33,393 bases of DNA from SAR202 cluster bacterium (GTDB taxonomy: Bacteria; Chloroflexota; Dehalococcoidia; Lucifugimonadales; JASMAO01), in the NCBI GenBank assembly GCA_030754315.1, contig JASMAO010000007.1:1-33393 (forward strand), written 5' to 3'. How positions within the stretch are numbered: position 1 is the stretch's first letter; the number at the start of each line of letters is the position of its first letter. Below are positions 26,267 through 33,393 of this stretch, piece after piece. The position numbers and the translations under genes are program-made. The notes under the pieces are model-generated. The model made no database searches and had not been told where the DNA came from. It was given only the letters and a program-made list of their open reading frames with translations.

Positions 26267-27397
26267 TCACGTTGAAAATTTAGAGTGGCCCAAGTCCGAA
26301 TCAAACACGGTCTCGAAAACGTATATCCCTATATCACGATTCTCCTGGAACGATAGCACATCAAATTCACCGTTGTAACCAATGATGGGTATCCGGAGTT
26401 CGTGGCCAGAAGCATGGGATCTCAGGCCAAGAGGTAACTCCACCTCTTCAGGATTGCCAAATACTACGTCAGCCTCTCCTGTCACAACAATATCGCCAAT
26501 GCGATCCTCTGGCAGCATCCAAATTGCAGCCGCTTGATCTCGAATCAACGCATCTTCAACACCATCCACCCCTCTCAAAATTTCCACCGCATCGCTAACC
26601 GGCCCGGATTCCATATAGACATTCACGCAACCGCCAAGATTGGAGTGGTGACGTATATATCTATCCTTAATGATCGGGACAATCTCTCCTTTCAACCCAC
26701 TGTTTACAAGTGCCAAGCCTAAATCTACCATCCGATTCTTGGGCGACATTCCATGATCCGCCGTCACAAAAACAGTGGCCCCACAGTGTGTCTCTAAAAG
26801 ACGCCCTATAGCATCGTCAATTATAGTTAGATGTTCCTGGGACTCCGGCTCATCTGGACCGTACATGTGCATAGCAAAGTCAGTCGTGGACACATATACA
26901 ACATCGTACTGTTTCCGAGTCATAGCCACTCGTGCTGCATCTATTGACCACCCATTGACCTCTAGCGAGTAAATTTTTGAGGGCAGTCCGATCTCATCTA
27001 CTATCCAATCTGGTGGGCACTCCGATGAAATTGACATAGTTGCTCCATCACCGAGCAATGTTCTTAGCTTATCCTTCGATGTTACCAGCAGTGAATTCTT
27101 GCCAACACACTCCGCCCGCTGAAATATCGTCTCGGCACGTATGAATTCCGATGACTCCATATATATGCCCTCTCCGGTTCCTCGAACAAACTGGAAATTA
27201 GAGGCGATTCCATGGTGAACCGGATAGGTGCCGGTTACTATAGATACGTTATTGACGTTGGTCACTGATGGCATCAAGCATCGGCCAATATTTTTGAACC
27301 CCTTACTACCCATTTCGCCCAGAATTGGCACTTCGCAACTTTCCAGGTACTCTGGATCCAAACCATCAATACAAATCACAACTACTGGTATGTCCAT
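26267..27397 (-). CDS. Alkaline-phosphatase-superfamily enzyme, phosphonoacetate hydrolase (PhnA)-like / type I phosphodiesterase
   Basis: About 376 aa from ATG 27397, which is preceded by GGGGGA; the track ORF starts at 27439. Blocks VVVICIDGLDPEYL, MPSVTNVNNVSIVTGTYPVHHGI (Thr nucleophile context) and VTADHGM are present. Confidence 0.6.
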   Translation of the reverse strand: MDIPVVVICIDGLDPEYLESCEVPILGEMGSKGFKNIGRCLMPSVTNVNNVSIVTGTYPVHHGIASNFQFVRGTGEGIYMESSEFIRAETIFQRAECVGKNSLLVTSKDKLRTLLGDGATMSISSECPPDWIVDEIGLPSKIYSLEVNGWSIDAARVAMTRKQYDVVYVSTTDFAMHMYGPDEPESQEHLTIIDDAIGRLLETHCGATVFVTADHGMSPKNRMVDLGLALVNSGLKGEIVPIIKDRYIRHHSNLGGCVNVYMESGPVSDAVEILRGVDGVEDALIRDQAAAIWMLPEDRIGDIVVTGEADVVFGNPEEVELPLGLRSHASGHELRIPIIGYNGEFDVLSFQENRDIGIYVFETVFDSDLGHSKFST

Positions 27398-27494
27398 TGA
27401 TCCCCCACACAGATTCCTTTCAGTAACATGATATCTCATTCGTATACGAAGACTAGACCTGGTTGCAACGGAGTACTAAGATTGGATTCAGAAA

Positions 27495-28013
27495 ATGTCT
27501 GAGCCAAAAATCCAATTCGCAAATGTTTCCTTCTTGAATGCCGAAGCTCTCGGAGAACCGGGTAATCGGGTTTTTCGCATCACGGCCAGTAGCGGCACTA
27601 GTAAAGCGACTATCTGGTTAGAAAAAGAACAGCTGCTCCAAGTCGCTTTGGCCGTCAACCAGCTTTTGGGTAACCTGCCAGAAGAATCAAAACCTAATAT
27701 GGATATCCACGCTCTTGAGGCTCCGGAATCATCTACACTCGACTTTAAAACGGGCAAGATAGTGCTTGGATACGACAATGCTTCAGGACAGTTTATGATT
27801 GATGCACATGACATTGAATCCCCGGAGGAGGAGAATGCCGAGATACGCGTTTGGTCCAACCAGATCCAGATAGAGGCATTTGCGAACCAGGCGCTTGAAG
27901 TGTGCGCATCCGGTCGGCCTATTTGTACGCTATGCGGTGGATCTATCAATCCTGAGGGACACACTTGCCCACGCACAAACGGACACAATTCCATCCACAT
28001 CGAGTATCCTTGA
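27495..28013 (+). CDS. DUF3090-family zinc-binding protein
   Basis: 172 aa. The N-terminal block is GEPGNRVFRI...IWLEKEQLLQVALAV. The C-terminal hallmark is CTLCGGSINPEGHTCPRTNGH. Confidence 0.8.
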   Translation: MSEPKIQFANVSFLNAEALGEPGNRVFRITASSGTSKATIWLEKEQLLQVALAVNQLLGNLPEESKPNMDIHALEAPESSTLDFKTGKIVLGYDNASGQFMIDAHDIESPEEENAEIRVWSNQIQIEAFANQALEVCASGRPICTLCGGSINPEGHTCPRTNGHNSIHIEYP

Positions 28014-28056
28014 AAAGACTACTTTTGTTTTCAAGACGAACGTCCTTACGGATCCT

Positions 28057-28833
28057 ATGGAACAACCCAAGCCCAAATCTCAGACAGGTAGTAACTCAAA
28101 CCGCATTCCCGTTGCATTGACGGGTAGCATAGCCCTTGACACACTAACCGCTGGCGAAATCATAGACGTCAAGCGGATCATAACTGGATCAAATCAAACC
28201 TTCCTTGTTCGAATAGATGCGGGACCAGGCAAGTATATTCAGGCCATCTATAAACCGGAAAAAGGAGAGCAACCTCTCTACGACTTTCCCTCGGGTTCTC
28301 TATACAAGAGAGAATACGCAGCTTATATTTTCAGCCAGTCTCTCGGATGGCCAAACATTCCCGTAACAACGATTAGAAATGGACCCCACGGAATCGGGTC
28401 TGTTCAACTTTTTTTGGACGCGGACCCTCAAATAACCTACTTCAACCTGGTCTGTGAACAACGGGAGGAATTACTATCCATATCAGTATTTGATATCGCG
28501 GTTAACAACGCAGACCGAAAAGGCGGCCACTGTTTACTCGGACGGGATCAGCGGATCTGGAGTATTGATCATGGGCTAACCTTTCATCCAGTCTTTAAAA
28601 TGCGAACAGTAATGCAAGAGTTTTGGGGTGCGCCTATTCCGGCTCCGCTTATCGACGACATGCGCAGAGTCGCGAACGAACTCGAATCCAAATTAGGAAC
28701 TGCGATCCTTCTGTCCAAAGTTCTAGACGAATCCGAACTTAACGCTCTTCACCGCCGACTTGAGTCTCTCCTCCACGATCGCATTATTCCTTCATTTAAT
28801 TCATACGCCAATCTCCCGTGGCCTCTCGTTTAG
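28057..28833 (+). CDS. SCO1664-family protein (PI3/PI4-kinase-like fold, unknown substrate)
   Basis: 259 aa from ATG 28057; the track ORF's 27880 start would overlap DUF3090. Blocks GSNQTFLV, AIYKPEKGEQPLYDFP, REYAAYIFSQSLGW, FDIAVNNADRKGGH and IDHGLTFH match the family as I remember it. Confidence 0.8.
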   Translation: MEQPKPKSQTGSNSNRIPVALTGSIALDTLTAGEIIDVKRIITGSNQTFLVRIDAGPGKYIQAIYKPEKGEQPLYDFPSGSLYKREYAAYIFSQSLGWPNIPVTTIRNGPHGIGSVQLFLDADPQITYFNLVCEQREELLSISVFDIAVNNADRKGGHCLLGRDQRIWSIDHGLTFHPVFKMRTVMQEFWGAPIPAPLIDDMRRVANELESKLGTAILLSKVLDESELNALHRRLESLLHDRIIPSFNSYANLPWPLV

Positions 28834-28946
28834 CCAGCAAAGTTCTGCCATCCAAACGTTGTCCAAATGGTTCAATCCTGGGAAAATCGGTGCTGTTGAC
28901 CTCAAAGGTCTCCGGTCATAAACCAGCCCAAATCTCATGCCGCCTA

Positions 28947-29906
28947 TCAAAAAAACCGCAGCCCAAACACTCTGTTAAGCCATACTTTAAACCTATGCCT
29001 GAACTTGAGATTACGTGTAACGAAGTCCACTAGTTTTGACGAACCGAAGATCACAGGCTCTGACCATCGCTTTAAATCTGCAACAGTTGTCTGGCCGGAC
29101 CTCAACGACGGCATTATCTCCCCCATAGGCCTCCAATCAATACTACCGCCGCCGGAACCGAAGCCTGAGGCCACCATTACTGTGCCGCCCGCTTCCTGTA
29201 CTAGTAAAACCCCCGCAGCAATGTCCCATATACGTGGGTTGCCTGCAACCGTGTACTGCAGTACACCCCGTGCGGTCATTGCAAGATCGTAAGCTATGCT
29301 CCCAGTATTTCTAACCTCACCTAGTTTCCCGTGTAGTGGTTTCTTCACACTAAAAACATTTCGAAACATTCCCGGCAGGGTAGTTAGGCGAGCCAAGCCA
29401 GGCTCTCCAACATCGCATATCGCCACCGGCTCTGACTCACAATAAGTCCCCGCCCCTTTGCGGGCGTGGAACAAAATGCCATCATTTTCCCCTGGCCACG
29501 GCACATGGATCGCTGCAACAACAGGAATTCCTCGGAACAAAACTCCAACAGAGCACGCATAGACCGGGAGTCCGTTGAGAAAGTTCTTAGTTCCATCAAG
29601 GGGATCTACGACCCACACGAAATCTGGTACAAGTTCCTCATCGCCACCTTCGTCTTCTTCTCCAACAAATAGATGGGCAGGGAATTGGCTAGAAACCGCA
29701 TGCTGGATGATCGCTTGACTTTCGTTGTCAACGTCAGTGACGGGATCGGTTTCATCTTTGTCTTTGAACTTCACTTCGAGGGCCGTCCCGAACCTTTGGG
29801 TAAGTAATCTGCCTGCTCTGCGGACTGCATCGACGGCACAAGCCTCGATCTCTTCGAGGGTTGCGGCGTCAACAAACACTTCATTGGTCAATAAAGTCGG
29901 TCCCAA
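28947..29906 (-). CDS. Inositol monophosphatase-family phosphatase (SuhB/CysQ-like)
   Basis: 319 aa at most. The signatures are FVGEEDE, WVVDPLDGTKNF and WDIAAGVLLVQEAGG. The start is uncertain: TTG 29906, or TTG 29891, which overlaps the DUF402 stop as TTGA. Confidence 0.85.
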   Translation of the reverse strand: MGPTLLTNEVFVDAATLEEIEACAVDAVRRAGRLLTQRFGTALEVKFKDKDETDPVTDVDNESQAIIQHAVSSQFPAHLFVGEEDEGGDEELVPDFVWVVDPLDGTKNFLNGLPVYACSVGVLFRGIPVVAAIHVPWPGENDGILFHARKGAGTYCESEPVAICDVGEPGLARLTTLPGMFRNVFSVKKPLHGKLGEVRNTGSIAYDLAMTARGVLQYTVAGNPRIWDIAAGVLLVQEAGGTVMVASGFGSGGGSIDWRPMGEIMPSLRSGQTTVADLKRWSEPVIFGSSKLVDFVTRNLKFRHRFKVWLNRVFGLRFF

Positions 29907-30505
29907 CCATCAAAAAGTGTGGGGATTGGCCAGTTAGGATCAGGTCTCCATCGATCCCACCCATCACAAAAGGGGGGCCTGGCTGCAAGCATAGATTCCA
30001 ACACCGCCTCTCCCTCCTCCTTAAGTTCAAAAGCCAGTTTTTGGGAAATCAAACCTTCTTCAACAGCCTCCCGCAACTCATCTTCATCCTTCCATCTCCA
30101 CTCCTCTTGATTTGAACTAATAACAATGTCAAGAGCAAGGTCCATATAGTCAAATCCAAAATGCGTCCGGGTCAGTGGTTTCTCGAGGTTGACATACCAT
30201 TTCAAAAACTCCGAAAACCCTGGTTGCCACAGAACAAGAACACTATGAGACGCGCCCGGAGTGACCAATCGCAACGTCTCAATCTTCTGGCTTTCGTCGG
30301 CCAATCTCCATTCCTGCTTCGGTATACGAAGAGTTCCTCCTTCAAGTGTCACTGGCTTACGCCATAAAGTTCCCGAAGGGATATATAAAGCCAGTAAATC
30401 AGGCGAATCCAGGATAACAATCTGAGGCCGGCCCGACCACACCTTACCCTCCCAAACCTCTCTGAGCACTATCTGGTCACCAATTACCCACCGATGTTCC
30501 CCCAC
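29888..30505 (-). CDS. DUF402-domain protein (Ntdp/FomD-like nucleoside di/triphosphatase family)
   Basis: 205 aa. The GTG start is preceded by GAGGAGGAG. The block KWYVNLEKPL....FDYMDLALDIV......WKDEDEL fits the DUF402 consensus (W.Y.n...P...... DL.LD..v......D.dEl). Confidence 0.6.
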   Translation of the reverse strand: MGEHRWVIGDQIVLREVWEGKVWSGRPQIVILDSPDLLALYIPSGTLWRKPVTLEGGTLRIPKQEWRLADESQKIETLRLVTPGASHSVLVLWQPGFSEFLKWYVNLEKPLTRTHFGFDYMDLALDIVISSNQEEWRWKDEDELREAVEEGLISQKLAFELKEEGEAVLESMLAARPPFCDGWDRWRPDPNWPIPTLFDGWDRLY

Positions 30506-30686
30506 CCCTCTCCTCCTCTAACCTTAGCAGCGCGGCGCAGTGTATCGGCGAACGCGAGCACAGTCAAATCTTTGTAAAAACCGGTCCGGTTGCCATATGG
30601 AAAAAACGGGGAGCATCGCCCAGGTCCGTGGAACCCAAATAGCAGCAGTTAGGATAGCGTTGATGGTCTGCACTATACCATTCCCC

Positions 30687-31502
30687 TTAAGAAATTTCCG
30701 TGCCATCTTCCGATACCGGCAAATCTGACAACTCTAATTTGGCCTGGCTCCACAACAGATCCTGTTCACCTATAGAAACCTCCTCCAACGACAAGCCGCT
30801 CTGGTCACTTATGTGCTCCATTTTCGCAAACCGATTTTGGAACCGAATGCCAGCGCGTCGTAGCGAATCCTCAGCGTCTACATTGAGCCATCTAGCCATG
30901 TTAACCAACGAGAATAGAACATCCCCCAATTCAGATTCTCTTTCTTCCGGCGTCTTCGCATTCACGAGCTCATCTAACTCTTCTCGGACCTTGTCCACAA
31001 CGCCACCAACATCCTCCCAATCAAACCCAATCGTAGCGGCGCGTTCCTGCAGAGCTTGAGCCAAAGCCAACGCCGGAAGTGACATCGTAACTCCCGCAAG
31101 AACCGATTCGCTCCGACCTCTCTCATCTCGTTTAATCTCTTCCCACTGAGCGGCAACCTGATATGGTTCTTTCGGGCTAGCTTCAGAAAAAACGTGCGGG
31201 TGACGCCTGATGAGTTTGTCCTCCTCTAAACGAAAAATGTCTCCGATGGAGAATTCACCATTCTCTACTCCGAAAACAATCTGGAAAGCCATGTGTGCTA
31301 AAACATCTCCGACCTCTTCAGCTATATGGAGTGGATTGCCCTCTTCAATGGCATCGATAAGTTCATAAACTTCTTCCAGAAGTTGTTTTTTCATCGACTC
31401 TCTGCTTTGCTCACGGTCCCACGAACAACCAGCCGGACCACGGAGTCGAGATATCAATTCAAACAGGCCGTCGAAGCTATTTTCAAACGTTGCGTTTTCC
31501 AT
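30687..31502 (-). CDS. mazG: Tandem-domain MazG nucleoside triphosphate pyrophosphohydrolase
   Basis: About 271 aa from ATG 31502. Domain 1 is LISRLRGPAGCSWDREQ....EEVYELIDAIE...EEVGDVL. Domain 2 repeats the EExxE/D pattern (VREELDELVNA...ESELGDVLFSLVNMARW). Confidence 0.85.
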   Translation of the reverse strand: MENATFENSFDGLFELISRLRGPAGCSWDREQSRESMKKQLLEEVYELIDAIEEGNPLHIAEEVGDVLAHMAFQIVFGVENGEFSIGDIFRLEEDKLIRRHPHVFSEASPKEPYQVAAQWEEIKRDERGRSESVLAGVTMSLPALALAQALQERAATIGFDWEDVGGVVDKVREELDELVNAKTPEERESELGDVLFSLVNMARWLNVDAEDSLRRAGIRFQNRFAKMEHISDQSGLSLEEVSIGEQDLLWSQAKLELSDLPVSEDGTEIS

Positions 31503-31525
31503 GACACATTTCACCATTCCAGACA

Positions 31526-32302
31526 ATGTCGGTTTGTAGGCGTATAGTAATATCCGTGTTGAATTATATATCTCCCAGGGGTCTCCGGCTTATCATCACG
31601 GCGCTGTTTATCGCAACAGTGCCGGTCTTCCTTATATCCACAAATGTGCGCGTTGTCATTAATATGACCTCCCTCTATAGTTACGGATTCGACCGATTTG
31701 ATATCCCAACCTCCACGGGCATTGAACATACAGAGTTAATGTCAGCAGCAGATCAGATACGTGAGTATTTCAACAATGACGAAGATCTGCTTGACGTACG
31801 GATTTTTCAGAGAGGAATACGGCGAAGTATTTTCAATGATAGAGAAATACTCCATATGAGAGACGTCAAAGGCCTCGTGAATGGAGTACATGCAGTCCAA
31901 ATCTCCACTGGGTTTTTTCTAATTGCCGTTGTAGTAATTGGATTCACCGTCTACAGGAGCCAATTTGCTCCTTCTCTCGCTGAACTTGCCAGCCTCAGTG
32001 GTTTAACAACTTTAGGACTAGTGATACTCGTTGGATTAAGCTCATTGATTGGATTCGACCGACTGTTCCTGGCATTCCATTTGATAAGCTTCAGCAACGA
32101 CCTTTGGCAGTTGGACCCCGGCACTGACATGCTAATCACAATATTTCCACAAAATTTCTTTTTTGCTGCAACAATGATTATTGCGGGCCTATCCATCACC
32201 CAAGCACTACTCCTAACCATCATCAAACCTTTGTGGCTTAAAACCGCTCCGTGGCGACCAATTCAAGATCGACACATGTTGCTCACACATAGAAAACCCT
32301 GA
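31526..32302 (+). CDS. DUF1461/TIGR01906-family integral membrane protein (Lit-like lipoprotein transacylase family)
   Basis: 258 aa with several TM helices. The blocks FNDREILHMRDVKGLV and FLAFHLISFSNDLWQLDPGTDMLITIFPQNFF match conserved DUF1461 motifs from memory. Confidence 0.55.
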   Translation: MSVCRRIVISVLNYISPRGLRLIITALFIATVPVFLISTNVRVVINMTSLYSYGFDRFDIPTSTGIEHTELMSAADQIREYFNNDEDLLDVRIFQRGIRRSIFNDREILHMRDVKGLVNGVHAVQISTGFFLIAVVVIGFTVYRSQFAPSLAELASLSGLTTLGLVILVGLSSLIGFDRLFLAFHLISFSNDLWQLDPGTDMLITIFPQNFFFAATMIIAGLSITQALLLTIIKPLWLKTAPWRPIQDRHMLLTHRKP

Positions 32303-32448
32303 TTTCAAACACCACATTACTAGTCAAGAGAGCAGAAATCATATGTGACACCGGAACGGATGGCATGGATCAAATATAGGTGGCCCTCCTATCAGTCCTA
32401 TAGATTTTTGTAGTAGACTCCATTGCCAATAGGCTAAAGTTACGGGAA

Positions 32449-32470
32449 TTGGGCCAACATTAAGGCCCAA
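32449..32470 (+). terminator. GC-rich hairpin, weak terminator candidate
   Basis: TTGGGCC (32449-32455), 8-nt loop, GGCCCAA (32464-32470), followed by GTTTA only. It sits about 150 nt after the DUF1461 stop. Confidence 0.25.
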
Positions 32471-32673
32471 GTTTACCGCTTGTTCACGAGGAAAACCCAT
32501 GCGTTGGAACAGAACCTAGACAAAGAAGCATCTGCCCGGTTGCTAGCAAATGGAAACACGCCCAGAGGTTGCCCCGGTTTCTAGTCGAGACATCGTGAGG
32601 GATTGTTGGATATTTGCACCCGGCACATTTTGTTTATTCACACCGAGCGCTTCGGCATGAAATGGAGTAAATA

Positions 32674-33393
32674 ATGGACACCCCTGTGATAGATATGCAC
32701 AGCCACGTTGGCAACGATACCAAATCTGGTTTGGTCGGCGACCCTGAGCTTTACTTGAGTGTCCTTGACGCTGCCGGAGTAGACAAAGCCCCCGTTAGTT
32801 GTCTTTTTTACGGTGATGTCTCTCGCTGCAATGATGAAACAGCTACGTTCGTAGCACAGAACCCTGATCGTTTCATGGGTGTTGCGTTTGTAACTCCCTA
32901 CTATCTTGAAGAGGCCATTGATGAATTGGAGAGGGCGTTCGATGTGTTGGGAATGGTTTTTCTCAAGCTCTATCCGAGTTATGTCTTCAAACCAATCGAC
33001 GACGAAGTGTATGCCCCGATACTGGACTGGTGCAATAAACGATCCATCATTGTAAAGAGTCACACCGAGTACATGGCTGGAAGTAATACTTACACAGACC
33101 CAAATCGTTTTATCAGACTAGCCCAGCTATATCCTAATATACGGTGGGTGCTCGCCCACTCCGGCAACGTCCGGGAAGGACAGATACGTGCGGTAGAAGC
33201 GGCCAAAGCAAACCGCAACATCTATCTGGAAACTTGCTCATCTTGGGGGGATCATGGAACGATCGAACGTTTGGTTGAGGGGGCAGGAGCAGACAGGGTC
33301 CTCTACGGCTCCGACATGCCTTTGATGGATGCGCGGATGCAAATAGGCCGCATTGCCACTGCAAATATCTCCAATGAAGCCAAACGGCGTGTC
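32674..33393 (+). CDS. Amidohydrolase-2-type metal-dependent hydrolase (TIM barrel), 3'-truncated by the window end
   Basis: This ORF is not in the track. The ATG at 32674 has GGAG 6 nt upstream, and the frame is open for 240 codons to the last base. The translation begins MDTPVIDMHSHVGND (HxH metal motif) and continues with WVLAHSG and VLYGSDMP blocks. Confidence 0.7.
   Translation, partial: MDTPVIDMHSHVGNDTKSGLVGDPELYLSVLDAAGVDKAPVSCLFYGDVSRCNDETATFVAQNPDRFMGVAFVTPYYLEEAIDELERAFDVLGMVFLKLYPSYVFKPIDDEVYAPILDWCNKRSIIVKSHTEYMAGSNTYTDPNRFIRLAQLYPNIRWVLAHSGNVREGQIRAVEAAKANRNIYLETCSSWGDHGTIERLVEGAGADRVLYGSDMPLMDARMQIGRIATANISNEAKRRV

Noticed and set aside
27488-28000. 170-aa minus-strand ORF almost exactly mirroring the DUF3090 gene
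   Set aside because: The plus-strand product carries the full DUF3090 hallmark (GEPGNRVF..., CxxC...HxCPRxNGH). The antisense product has no recognisable feature.
27880-28056. Upstream extension of the kinase-like ORF (track start 27880)
   Set aside because: It would overlap the last 134 nt of the DUF3090 gene and adds a residue stretch with no family similarity. The ATG at 28057 gives the expected family length.
32638-33364. Minus-strand ORFs 32638-33063 (141 aa) and 33134-33364 (76 aa) offered by the track
   Set aside because: The plus strand carries an unbroken 240-codon frame from ATG 32674 with GGAG upstream and an HxH amidohydrolase N-terminus. The minus-strand ORFs are its antisense shadows.
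1-33393. Visual search for CRISPR arrays, tRNA/rRNA genes, IS elements, integrases, prophage or classic defence genes
   Set aside because: No regularly spaced direct repeats, cloverleaf-compatible sequences, rRNA-like segments or transposase/integrase-like ORFs were seen by eye. A tRNAscan/Infernal/CRISPR-finder run would be needed to exclude small elements formally.

Overview
A 33.4-kb, densely coded stretch of bacterial chromosome with moderate GC by eye. I support about 31 protein genes and one decayed gene. I saw no rRNA, tRNA, CRISPR array, transposase or integrase. Gene content suggests an Actinobacteria- or Chloroflexota-type genome, possibly a marine SAR202-like lineage. The clues are a DUF3090/SCO1664-family pair, ETF, CaiB-type CoA-transferase, crotonase, a class-III aminotransferase and many TTG/GTG starts; this is inference only.

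Layout:
- 1-7.3 kb: envelope and secreted proteins (ASST-like lipoprotein, TIM-barrel-like hypothetical, DegT-type sugar aminotransferase, NYN+LOTUS protein, PD40/TolB-like propeller).
- 7.4-10.3 kb: proB-proA plus a small orphan.
- 10.5-16 kb, minus strand: a 13-14-blade BNR/Ycf48-like propeller, a cytidylate-kinase-like protein, an orphan, and etfB-etfA.
- 16.2-18 kb, window centre: strong promoter, about 180-nt structured leader with an anti-SD, orphan double zinc-ribbon protein, divergent MTHFR-family protein.
- 18.2-23 kb: lipA, enoyl-CoA hydratase, CaiB-like CoA-transferase, GSA-aminomutase-like aminotransferase.
- 23-26.3 kb: larE, plsY, a decayed GNAT gene and larB, which is a nickel-pincer cofactor module without larC or larA.
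- 26.3-31.5 kb: phosphonoacetate-hydrolase-like enzyme, the DUF3090 + PI3/4-kinase-like pair (function unknown), and a convergent mazG-DUF402-IMPase operon.
- 31.5-33.4 kb: DUF1461 (Lit-like) membrane protein and a 3'-truncated amidohydrolase that is missing from the ORF track.

Best candidates for something undescribed: the central leader/zinc-ribbon/MTHFR-like locus; the DUF3090-kinase pair embedded among phosphoester hydrolases; and the split larE/larB module with odd repeat structure. All family calls come from motif recognition by eye and memory; no searches were run.
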